The notes under the pieces were generated by a model, which was given only the letters and a program-made list of their open reading frames with translations, was not told the origin of the DNA and did not search any database. Shown piece after piece: positions 40,044 to 51,722 of a stretch of DNA of 64,000 nucleotides; the first letter of the stretch is position 1; each line of letters begins with the position of its first letter. The DNA comes from Basidiobolus meristosporus CBS 931.73 (lineage: Eukaryota; Fungi; Basidiobolomycota), in the NCBI GenBank assembly GCA_002104905.1, contig MCFE01000018.1:1-64000 (forward strand), read 5' to 3'. Both the position numbers and the translations under genes were made by a program.

Positions 40044-41781
40044 TTACTCTTCATAATGCTCCAGACACATTTCTCTCAGTGAATGTCTTCTTGTATGAGC
40101 GTACTGTGTATTAATAAGTATCTTAACTATTTTACCTATTAGACTTGTTCCGTTGGATAGTGCCACATTGAGCCATGAGTGCCAAATAGTGCCATAGTGT
40201 GCCTGAGAGTCATAGCAGACCTAAACTTGGCCACAGAGTGTGACATATAGTTCTGCATATTCATGCAAAGCAGCCCCTGTGTTTCACCTACTGTGTGGGA
40301 GAAAATCAATTTTTTAGCCTTTTTTTTGGGATCAAAATTGTGCATGAAGTAAAAGAGCACAGACAGACTGAAGATATGCATCTGGTACATTATACCCATG
40401 GCACTCTAAATCTAGCCCCACAGGCTTGTAGCATGTCACAAATATGCATGGCACTATCTTGGTCCACTGGTACTATCTGGCACTATAAGTGCTTTGTATA
40501 GGTTCTACTTTAGGGCTAATATTTAAATATAGTGCCAGATAGTACCAGTGGACCAAGATAGTGCCATGCATTTTTGTGACATGCTACAAGCCTGTGGGGC
40601 TAGATTTAGAGTGCCATGGGTATTATGTACCAGATGCATATCTTCAGTCTGTCTGTGCTCTTTTATGTCATGCACAATTTTGATCCCAAAAAAAAGGTTA
40701 AAAAATTGATTTTCTCCCACACAATAGGTGAAACACAGAGGTTGCTTTGCATGAATATGGAGAACTATATGCCACACTTTGTGGCCAAGTTTAGGTCTGC
40801 TATGACTCTCAGGCACACTATGGCACTATTTGGCACTCATGGCTCAATGTGGCACTATCCAACAGAACAAGTCTATTCTGCTGTTTTCTCCTATATATGA
40901 CTTTCCTCTGTATTTACCTGCCAATATGTTGAATCTCTTCAGATATCCAAATGTATGCTCTACCCTCACTCTGAAATGATTCAATTTCTCATTGTAGAGC
41001 TTCTGCTTCCTGCTAAGCACATCACTCCTTGGCTTCCTATAAGCTGTAATACATACTAATCTGTGGCAATCCTCTCCTATATAGGCTAAGTCTGCCATAC
41101 ATTTCTCCCCTCTACTGAATTCAGTATGATTCTCTGCCCAGAGTGCTTTGTCACGCCTACTTCCTGCAAATGGCCCACTAAACCAGATGATGTTACCCTC
41201 AATGTCAGACGGTGCTTGAAACTTCACACATAGTGCCTTGTACTTGCCAGAATAAAAGTGCCTCTGCCCTCTAGAAGGTCTGTTAATCCTCACTGGGAAG
41301 GTATCCAAAATACTCCTTACATGGAACCAGTTGTTGAACTCTCTGGGATATGGAAGTCTATTGGAGCTTCTGAACATAGTATTCCAAGCTTGCTCCAAGT
41401 CATTCATACACTCTGTAAGGTGGTTCTCCATTGCTGTCAGCTGGGAATGAAAGCTTCTAGGACTTTTGTTGCCATGGATGGTGGGATGAAACCTTGTGGG
41501 GCAATAGTTCTTGTAATAGCACAGAAGCTTAACAAGGGATCTCATAGAGAAGATTGGGGCTGATAGTCCACAGTACTTGGAATAGATCTCCTCTTGTGTG
41601 TCAAAAGGAAATCCAGTGGTAGTGATGGGATTGATGAGAAAAGACCATTCAGATGAGTAATTCAGATTAAAATTGGTGGATGATTGTATGAAGGCGGTTT
41701 GAATCCGCACAATCTGCGTTATTTATCAGATTTTTAATGCATTATGATTAAATCTCCATCAATTACCATGTATCCCATCAT
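40044..41781 (-). pseudogene. DDE (DDE_Tnp_4/IS5-like) transposase, interrupted by a MITE
   Basis: SILDTFP, FYSGKYK, GSRRD, CMADLAYIG, YNEKLNHFRVRVEHTFGYLKRFNIL. Putative exon 1 MMGYM plus GT-AG intron 41714-41766. After removing the MITE the frame continues ...ENSRIGKIVKILIN...HYEE* (stop at 40044). Confidence 0.85.
40141..40874. mobile_element. Foldback MITE copy 1 (734 bp; 347-bp inverted arms, 40-bp spacer)
   Basis: Arms 40141-40487 and 40528-40874; TSD ATT. First 28 bp match the left end of the PHIS element with 1 mismatch. Many GGCACTA/TAGTGCC motifs. Confidence 0.95.
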
Positions 41782-42019
41782 TATGTTGCAAAAATCATCC
41801 GCAAACAATGCCTTGGTACTTTTATTGATGCTTTACTCAAAGGTCTATAGTCAAATAGGAAATCTGCAATTGATGTAATCTGATCCGTGTCAATGTGATC
41901 CAAGATGCATCATGCATAAAATATGGAAAATTCAACAATCACATTAGTTTTCATATATATTTCATATAAGACCAGGTTGATGCCAATATACTGCTGTATA
42001 AGTATCAAAATCCGTTGCT

Positions 42020-43012
42020 ATGGTCCCCATACCAAGTCTCAACTCATCTTTAGTACAACCCAGACAAAACCCATCCCCCAGCTCACAAGCACGGTCCGGA
42101 CCAAAAAAGTCAATGTCAGATCTGTTTGAGTTCTTGCCAAATGATTTTAGTATGGACCAAGTGTCTATGATGAGCCTTCATACAGATATTTGGGCACTAC
42201 TGATTAATCAAGCAGAACTAGATACCTTGGAGAGTCAACAAAGATGGAAGAATATGAGTAGAAAGCTGTGGCATGAGTTCTACATCAAGATGCCAGCCAA
42301 TGTATGTAAGAAGATATATAACAAGACAAGTATTGAAATCAAGAATGAGCTGAGAGTGAGGGGATTTGATGAAGAAGACACGCGGGAACAATTTTGCGTG
42401 CAGTTTGCACAGTACGGGCCGGACGTGTCTGTTTGTGCCTCAACTTTGGGAACTAAAGAGATTATGAATGAGTTTTTGCCTCAAATGACTAATGTACTGC
42501 ATGATATATTAGTAGAGCTAAGTGGCTTCCAAGAGCAATATACACAGGACTCATCCAGTCAACAGCTCCAAAGTATCAGACAGAGGGTAAGTGAATACCT
42601 TGAGGAATTAGATGGTGAGCTTCAGGAGGAAGAATACAGACCACAAGCAACATTGTCCAGATTACGCCCACACACCTTGCTGGATTCTTTACCATCCCTT
42701 GCAACCACAGCGTGCTGGCACATGTCAGTCCAGACTGCACCAAAACCCTTCACCAGAGCGCCCCATGTGGAGTCAATGCACATTGGGTCAATGCGCGCAC
42801 TTCAGAGCAAAACTACTAGAACTTGCCAAAGTGCTCATTTAGATACAAGTCCATTGGAGCAGACCAAGTTGCGTCAACATGCAGCATCACATCAAACTCA
42901 GCCAAGGGCCATCTCAACATGTCAAGGCGTGCCTGCGCGTGCCATCTTGCCTGACCATCAGCAAGTTACTTCTGGTGAACTGACTGATGAAGACCAACAT
43001 GAAGTGCCTTGA
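42020..43012 (+). CDS. PHIS element ORF2 (accessory, possibly DNA-binding), start uncertain
   Basis: 330-aa ORF inside the TIR-bounded element and divergent from the transposase. No confidently recognised domain. Confidence 0.6.
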   Translation: MVPIPSLNSSLVQPRQNPSPSSQARSGPKKSMSDLFEFLPNDFSMDQVSMMSLHTDIWALLINQAELDTLESQQRWKNMSRKLWHEFYIKMPANVCKKIYNKTSIEIKNELRVRGFDEEDTREQFCVQFAQYGPDVSVCASTLGTKEIMNEFLPQMTNVLHDILVELSGFQEQYTQDSSSQQLQSIRQRVSEYLEELDGELQEEEYRPQATLSRLRPHTLLDSLPSLATTACWHMSVQTAPKPFTRAPHVESMHIGSMRALQSKTTRTCQSAHLDTSPLEQTKLRQHAASHQTQPRAISTCQGVPARAILPDHQQVTSGELTDEDQHEVP

Positions 43013-46000
43013 CCACCAGAGCCCTTGGCAAGTAAAAGAACGCATCAGCATGTGGCACTCCAGGCCGGTTCAGTTAGTTCAGTTGGAGCAATTCAGCGCA
43101 GCCAAGCTGCAGCATTGCACTCATCAACTAGGAGGCAAAATACTGACTACAAATACACAAGTAGCCAAGATGATAGTCAGCCAGGAGGTAGTATAGGTGT
43201 GCAAAGTGAGTCACTACCAAATGCTTCAGTAGTAATCCCTGTGAGAAAAAAACCAAGGAGAAGATGATGCAATTGCTTTGAATTGCTATTATTTGTAATG
43301 ATCCCAACAACCCTTTTTTTTTGCAATCTGAATCAAGCTATTGCAAATCAGTGAACATCAAATTTTTGATATAAGTAATATCTAGGTCATCTTATATTTG
43401 AGACAGAACCCCTATAAATAAACACCCTGCATATATATACATCATCTGTAATACCAGTGCAGCTATTGAATCTATTTGCACCTACCCAATTGCTTGCGTG
43501 CTAGCTATGACACCTTGTCCAATCACTAGGATCAAGGATTTACTTGCTCAATGGGCAAAATGTGATATTTAATGGCAAATCAAGTAGCTTGCTTAGTAGT
43601 CAGTGAGCCAATTGGGGGCTGCCAGCTTCAGAATACTTTTGGACCAATTAACCACTGAGATACCATCCAATTGGAATAATGGTAGCCAAATTGGTAAGTA
43701 TCAGTGTAGTTTATAGTGTGCAAGATTGTCCCACATAGTGCAAAATTGTCCAAGAACAATCCTGCCTTCTGGTAGCTTGAATATTGCGCCCAATTGTTTT
43801 TACAGCCGTGGATTGCGCCGCGCGCCCTGGCATGGTACAATGGAACAAGTCTAATAAAGACTTGTGTTTATTCCGTCCCAAATCTCCATGTTCCCTTACT
43901 TGGTTCAATTGGGTAGATATATATATCACTTTGAGGCTCTGATAATAGACAATGTGTTATAAAATAGGGGCGTGAACACCTTCCTGTTATGGTAAGTGTA
44001 CTAACTAGATAAGGGCAGGGATAGGAGGGAGGGTGCGTGGGGGAATCATAGGGAGGATACTGGGGGACTTTGGGTAGGACTCTGGGGAGAACTCTTAGGC
44101 AAGGAGTGGGTACTGCATTCAGTACTCACATATCCCGGGGGTTAAGAGGGAGCTTTGTCCTCAAAGTACTTTTGACTAACTTGCTTCTCCAGGGTCAATT
44201 TTGTTCATGGAGCATGGGGAGTCACCATAGTACCATTGCTGGTTGTCACTTGCAAGGGGGTCGCGGGTGAATACCTGATACCATTTCCCAACAGAGTGGG
44301 GTGCGGCTTGCATTGCTTGAGGGATGTTTTCCACAGAGCCAAATAGTTGGCAAACCATAGGGTTCTGGGTAAGTTCCTTGGGAGGGTCAGAGAACAAGAA
44401 GAGGTGCAATAGCACAATAAAGTCTTGCTTCTTTATCTTGCAAACATTGGTGGGGCTTGTCCTTTTTGTGTTCAATATGACGGCGGGGGACCTTTTGAAG
44501 AGGGCGTACACTTGGTTGGCAGTCACCCATTGTTGGTAACAAATTTTTGCTTCTTCTAAGACGTATTGTAGTTCTTCTGTAGAAACTGTGGCACAATTGA
44601 GGAGCTTTTGTGGGGGGCTCTCAAGGTCTTGTGAGGGCGTGACAGTTGATTCCTTGTGTCTTCTGTCTGACTGTGTCCAGTATGGATATGGGAATTAGTG
44701 CGGTGTCCTTCTCCTTAATGATCAAGGAACCTCCTCTTAGGTGGTATACGGTCTTCTTGGGTAGTATCTCCATGCTTTGTATTGGCATGGGTAACTTGTC
44801 TTGTCCCTCTCTGATTGTGTCTTGTATCAACGTGACTGCTCCAGCAAACAAATCTTCATAGGTGGCTCTTGTTGCACGTAACACTTGTATCATATCTCTC
44901 AACACTTGCAGGTTGGTTTTGTTGTTGATATCATCTTGGTTCTTGTTGGTGGGAGGGGTATTGCCAGTCTTGGTTTTATTTACCACACTTTATTGCCTGG
45001 TTTCCACTTTTGTCCCGTTAGTTTCACATTTTTGGGTGAAGGGGGAAGGTGCTTGTTGACATTTTTGAATACTTTTATGTATAGGTGCCCAATACAGTGT
45101 ATCAACCTTTCCACGTAGGCGTTATGTGTTGTCAAGGGGACACCTTCCATTGTCAATCCAGCTTCTTCACGCCACTGGGGCCTTTGTCCGTACAGAACTT
45201 TGTACGGGGAGAAACCTGTTGTTTTATTTGGTATTTTACCAATTGCCAGGAGTGTCAGTGGGAGTAGCTTGGCCCATGATTGGGGTGGTTCCCAATAGAG
45301 CTTCTCTAGTATGCGGCAACACGTCTGGCTCATCCTCTTGGTTAATCCGTTGGTCTGGGGGTGATAAGCGGCTGTGAAGACCTGTTTCATGCCCATCATT
45401 TTGCACAAGTGGGCCATGGTGTTGTTCAGGAAGGAGCCACCATTGTTGGACAGGAGTATCTGAGGATATCTGTGCCAGCAGATGAGGTGTTCTAGAATGA
45501 ACTGGGTGGTTGTCTTCTGGTCTTTATTTTGGACAGCTTGGGCTCCTACCCACTTTAAGAAATAATTGGTAGCAATTATTATGTATTGTTCTCCTTTCTT
45601 CATTTTCATAAAGGGCCCAACAAAGTCAATCCCTACCCAGTAGAAGGGTAGGTCAAGCGGTATTGGTGCGGTTGCCCCTATCTTTTAACTTTGGTTAAAT
45701 CTTTTGCAGGTGGAGCATCTTTGTAGCATATTCACAACATTAGTCATCATTTTTTTGCAATAAAACGTCTTTCTTAACATCTTGTATGTTGTTAGAGGGT
45801 TAGCGTGTCCTAATGACATATGTCTTTCTTGTATGATTTCTTTGTGTGCAGTTATTGGAGGTACCTCAACTCTGAGTTGTCCTTGGAAGAACCATAATTG
45901 GTTTTCTTGTACTTTGTACTGACACCATTTCTTTTGAAAGTCTCTCTTCTGCTTGTTTGTAACAACATGTTTGGGATACTTCCCTCTTCTCTTAAAGCAG

Positions 46001-49000
46001 ATTACATTTTTGTAGTCATTGCTGACGTGTACTTGGCAAACAGGATAGCGACTGAGGAAGTCTGCAACTTGGTGTTTCTTGCCAGCGCAATGAATTATTT
46101 TGAAGTTGTATTCTTGTAGCCAAAGGGCCCAATGTGCTAGTCAACTGGTAAAGTCTTTAGTTTTCATCAGCCAGACCAGTGCGCTGCGGTCTGTTACTAT
46201 TGTGAATTGGCAACCATGCATGTATGTATGGAACTGTTTGATTGAATAAACAACAGCCAGTCAATCTATCTTGGTAATGGGGTAGTGACGTTTGTGTTTG
46301 TTTAACAAACAGCTCATGTAACCAATTGGGTGGAATTTGCCAGGTTGGTGGTATTGTCCCAGTAAAGCGCCTATACTGGTGAGACTTCCATCACAGTAAA
46401 TAAAAAATCTTGCATCCCAATTGGGAAAATGTAACACTGGCAGTGATGTCAGGGAATGTTTCAGCTGATCAAATGCTCTCTTTTCAGGCTCCAACCATAC
46501 AAAGCACTGGCCATTTTGCGTCAATTTGTATAGGGGGGCTGCTATTGTCACAAAGTTTTTGATAAAGCAGCAACAGTAGCTGGCTAATCCTAGGAATCCC
46601 AACACTGCATTAATATCCTTTGGTGTGGGTGTATCTTGAACGGCTTTCAGGAGTGAAGTAAATGGGTATATTCCATCTGCCAAGATCTTGTGGCCCAGGA
46701 ACAACAGTTTTGTATACTGGAAATGGCACTTCTTGGGATGTAGTTTGAGTTGGTTCTCAAGGAGGGCAGTCAGGATACATTGCATGTTGTGTATATGTTC
46801 TTCTACATTGGGGGGATATATATTGTGATGTCGTCCAGATACACAAGAGCTCATTCCCATTATAGATTTCCTAGCACCTTGTTGATCATCCTTTGGAACG
46901 TAGGGGGGGCATTGCACAAGCCAAAGGGTAGTTGGTTCCATTTGTATAATCCAAACAATGTTATAGAAGCGGCTTTGGGTTGATCTTCCGGGGCTACTTC
47001 TACTTGCCAATACCCAGAAATTAAGTCAAGAGAGCTAAAATATTTAGCTCCAATTAATCTGTCCAACAGGTTGTCTATTTGCGGTAGTGGATACATGTCC
47101 TTCTGGGTGATGGCGTTCAATTTTTGGTAGTCAATGCAAAAGCATCACTTTCTGTCTTTCATTGGGACTATCACTATGGGGGAGGCCCATGGAGACTGGC
47201 TCTCTGTAATGATGTTGTCTTTCAATAAATTTTCAATTGTCTCTTTGATATAGTCCATGTCAATTTTCAAGTTCCTATAGGCTTTTTGCTTGATGGGGTA
47301 TTTGTCTGTGAGGTGGATTTGGTGATATACCCGAGGTATATGACCAATTACTTGGTTCTTAGAGAACACTTGGGCAAGCCAGCGTATTCCTTCTAGGAAT
47401 ATGTTGTGTAACACAGGCAGTAGACCAGGGTCAACATCTAGTTTGGGGAGTTCTTCTTCTGGTTCCTTGTATGTAGGTGGTCCTTGGTAGTTTCTGTTGA
47501 CTTCCTCTAGGTTTAACAATGGCACTCCTCTAGGCAATGTCACCGTGTTTTGCCCGTTGTTAACCACTAAGCACTTCAAACTTTGCGTTTCAAATTTTGG
47601 TGGTATCCATACTTTAGGGTACAAGATTCCTTCCAGTTGCTTAGATGCCTTTGCTGCGGTTATCATTCTTCCTCTCCTCAAATAAGCCATTGGTGTCTCT
47701 AATGAGATCACCGTCTCACTGGTGGGTGGTATTTTTATCACCTTTTGTGTGATGATTGGAGACTGCGACGGTTTCACTTGTTCAATTGTCACACTGTTGC
47801 TACATGCCTTGCTCTCATTGGTGATATGAATCAGTGGGATACTCTTGGTATCCCACCTGAGTTTGGATGCACTGTAAAGTATATCCATCTTATGTTGGAT
47901 AAACCAACTCTTGCCAATGAGTAAGTTGTTGGCTGCAACGGGTAGAACCACAACATCTTGGTGTATAATCAAGTTGCCTAGCCAGATGGGGCAATTAGGC
48001 GCAACTCCTACTGTTGTGTCCAGTTGGTCATTTGCTAGCCGTACCCAAATAGTGTTGTTAGGGACTATATCTAACTTTAGACGTTTTGCTAATGATTCTG
48101 ACATGATCAACATAGAGGAACCTGTGTCAATAAGGGCAAGAATCTCCTTATTCTCTATATGTACCTTTACATATGTACCTTTATTTGGTTTTTGCAGGAC
48201 TGTCTGGTTGACATGAAGGGTTGTTATCTCCTTCAATCCCTGTATCAGTTCCTTGACTAGAGCCAGGGCCAGTCCCAGTAAATTGCTTATTGGGAGGGTT
48301 GCCTTGGTTTGCTCTAGTACCTTCATTATGGGGAATAGGCCGTGGGAAGACGTATCAGTGTTCTTTGTTTGCTTCAACACTTCTTCCCAAGAATCATTCT
48401 GTACCTCATCACCTAATTCTGCGTTCTTTCCTTTTGACGGAACCTCTACTACAGGTTCCTTTGCCTCCTCTTTAGAAGCATCATGTTGACGCTTCTTCTT
48501 CCGTACTTTGACTATTCTGACCGGAGGGCTTAGATTGACTGAGTCCCGTTGGCCTCCTGGCAAGGGACTCTGTCTTTTGATGCCTTCTTCTCTTTTGTGT
48601 CTGGTATGGGTTCTTGTCTGTACTGTTTTTCACATTTGTGGGCTCAATGGCCTACTTCTCCACATACATAGCATGGGTATTGTTGTTGCGGTTGTTCCAT
48701 CTGTTTGGTCAGGGCTTGTACCTGGGCCTTTCAATCTACAACAGCTTCCCAGAGTTTATCACCTTCTTTGGGGACTTCTTGGACATTGTTGATTGAGAGT
48801 TCTTGGACCTTTTGCCATAATTCCTCTAACTCATGGTCTTTTGGGGAGGCAATTTTTCCTTTCTTACAGGGGATCCCTGTCCTTCAATCATTTGTATCAC
48901 TATAGGGTAGCCCCCATAGCAAGATGACCCCTTGTACTTGTTTGACCTACTCTTGCAGTATTTTACATCCCTGTTGTTCTTTGGATGCCCTACATCTTAT

Positions 49001-50430
49001 TTTGTTGTCTAAGCCCATGATGTAATACCTCATGAGCTGTTGTTTGGCAATTTTGTCCTTTGGGAGACATTGTACTTGTTGGAGAAACAGTTCAGTGTAG
49101 GCTTCATAGCTCTCACTGCTTTTCTTCTGTGAGGACAGTAGAAGGGCTTCATAGTGGTATCCTTTGGCATATAGAAAGCGTGTTTTGTAGGCTTCTTCTA
49201 GTGCATCCCAGTTGTCTTTAACTGCATCTTCCAACCAATAATGCCATTGCCATGCTGACCCTTCTATATGTCTGGCAAACTCCCTCACTTTCTTATTGTT
49301 GTCCCATCCTGCATCAACCACAACTCTCTCAAACTTATTGAACCACTCAAGGGCTTTCTCTCTCTTTCCCTTGTATGTTTTTAGTTCGATTGTAGTAGTC
49401 ATTACCTCACTTGTGCTTATTTCCACAGAGACGGCACCAAATATGTGGGTTATTACTGACTGTACTTGGTGAGTGGGAGAGCTTGTAGGTCAAGTCAGTA
49501 CCACTTGGTTCAGAATAGCTTCCAATAGATGGTAGCAAGGTAATAAAGACTTGCGTTTATTCCGTCCCAAATCTCCGTGTTCCATTACTTGGTTCAGTTG
49601 GGTAGATATATATATCACTTGGGGGCTTAGATAATAGACAATGTGTTATAAAATAGGGGTGTGAACACCTTCCTGTTATGGTAAGTGTTCTAACTAGATA
49701 AGGGCAGGGATAGGAGGGAGGGCACATGGGGGAATCATAGGGAGGATACTGGGGGACTTTGGGTAAGACTCTGGGGAGAACTCTTGGGCAAGGAGTGGGT
49801 ACTGCATTTAGTACTCACAGACATATCTCATGGGTAACAGCACTGGAAGAGAGGAACCTTCCATCAATAACTTCTACTTGGACAGGACAGGATTTTAGGA
49901 CAGTGGGGATTTTGTGCTTGTGGACAAATGACTGGTCAATGAAATAGGAGGAAGCACCAGAATCTATGAGGGCAGCAACATGGACAGGGCTGGATTCAGG
50001 GAGGTGGATGTTGACAGGCATTCTTAAGGACTGGATGGACTTGGTAGCATATGATGTTTCTTGAATGTGCTGGATTTTCATTGAAGGGCCCAGTTGCAAG
50101 CCTGTTGTTGCTACTGGACATTAGAGTTTCCCAATAACTCAGGAGAAGATTGTTCACAGGAAGATTGCAGGAGCTTGAAGCTGGACTTCTTGTTAGGACA
50201 AGACTTGGCAAAGTGGCCTGGTTGGCCATTGTAAAGGCAGAGGTTTTCCTGTGGATGTCTGGATCTTTCTTCTTTTGTGAGTTTCTTATATTTAGCACTG
50301 TTGATTTGCATAGGATCATCAGGCTTAGTATTGGGTGACTGGATTACTGGGAAGGCGGCTGGCTGGTATGTATGTTGGAATTTCTGTTTCTTCTTCAGAG
50401 ACAATTGTCAGATCAGATTGCTTGATGAAT

Positions 50431-51163
50431 AGACTTGTTCTGGTGGATAGTGCCACATTGAGCCATGAGTGCCAAATGATGCATAGTGTGCCAGAGAGGC
50501 CAAGTGGACCTATACTTGGCCACAGAGTGTGAAACATAGCTCTGCATCTTCATGCAAAGTCACCCCTGTGTTTCACCCATTGTGTTAGAGAAAATCCATT
50601 TTTTGACCTTTTTTTTTAAGACAATGTTGTGCAGGAAGTGTAAGAGCACAGAAAAACTGAGCACATGCATCAGGTACTCAATACCCATGGCACTCTGAAT
50701 CTAGCTCCTGTGGCTTGTAACATATCACAAAAATGCATGGCACTATCTTGGTCCACTGATACTATCTGGCACTATAAGTGCTTTGTATAGATCTTACTTT
50801 AGGGCTAATAATTAAATATAGTGCCAGATGGTACCAGTGTACCAAGATAGTGCCATACATTTTTGTGACAGGTTACAAGCCACAGGAGCTAGATTCAGAG
50901 TGCCATGGGTATTGAGTACCTGATGCATGTGCTCAGTTTTTCTGTGCACTTACACTTCCTGCACAACATTGATCCTCAAAAAAACATCAAAAAATGGATT
51001 TTCTCATGCATCATAGGTGAAACACAGGGGCTGCTTTGCATGAAGATGCAGAGCTATGTTTCACACTCTGTGGCCAAGTATAGGTTCACTTGGCCTCTGT
51101 GGCACACTATGGCATCATTTGGCACTCATGGCTCAATGTGGCACTATCTAACAGAACAAGTCC
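50431..51163. mobile_element. Foldback MITE copy 2 (733 bp) inserted in chromovirus gag
   Basis: Arms 50431-50776 and 50817-51163, spacer similar to copy 1, TSD AAT (50428-50430 and 51164-51166). Confidence 0.95.
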
Positions 51164-51722
51164 AATAGCTTCACCCAATGTGGTTGGGTCAGGGAGAGTG
51201 AGAAGTAGGTCACTGACTTCACTGTTGAGCCCATCTTGAAATTGACTAATTAGAGCAGCGTCACCCTAATGGCTCAAATCACTGGCTAGTAGCCAGAATT
51301 CTGAAGCATACACAGATGCAGGTCTGTTTCCTTGCTTCATGTTCTTGATCTTGTGGCAGCAGTTATGGCTTGGTCAATATTGCCTAATGTTAGCTCCATT
51401 TCTGTGAGGAAGGCATGGTATTTACTGAGTAGTGGGGCATTGGTTTCCACCAAAGGGGAGAACCATTTCTGGGAAGTTCCAGTCAGCAGGTTAGAGATAT
51501 AACCAACTTTTGATTGATCTGTGGGGAACCAATTGGGTTGCAGTGACAAGTGGAGTTTCACCATGTTGATGAAACCTTGGAATTCATTCTGGGAGCCACT
51601 GAACTTGATAGTGGAAGTGATCTTGGGATCATGGTGGGAGGGATCCTGAATAGGCTGTTGAGCATTTTGGCTCCGGAGCTGAGCTACAGAGTTTCTGAGG
51701 TCTACATTGAGTTGTTGCAGTT

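Larger units (their letters stand above)
39861..43852. mobile_element. Two-ORF PHIS-superfamily (PIF/Harbinger-ISL2EU-related) DNA transposon
   Basis: Perfect 15-bp TIRs AGACTTGTTCCATTG and 3-bp TSD AAT. The empty site GGTAATAAAG is visible in the sister LTR near 49540. Carries a DDE transposase and a divergent ORF2. Confidence 0.92.
39760..49819 (-). mobile_element. Ty3/gypsy retrotransposon B with tRNA-His PBS; 3' LTR interrupted by a DNA transposon
   Basis: 5' LTR 49444-49819; 3' LTR 39760-39860 plus 43856-44130 (both 376 bp); TSD GACAT. PBS TGGTGCCGTCTC is complementary to a fungal tRNA-His 3' end. gag 48947-49426, protease ALIDTGSS, RT, RNase H and integrase (44980-45609), with stops and frameshifts. 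Confidence 0.95.

Noticed and set aside
40139-40900. Mirror-image ORF pairs (e.g. MGIMYQMHIFSLSVLF...) on opposite strands, also at 50905-51168
   Set aside because: By-products of the MITE's inverted arms, not genes.
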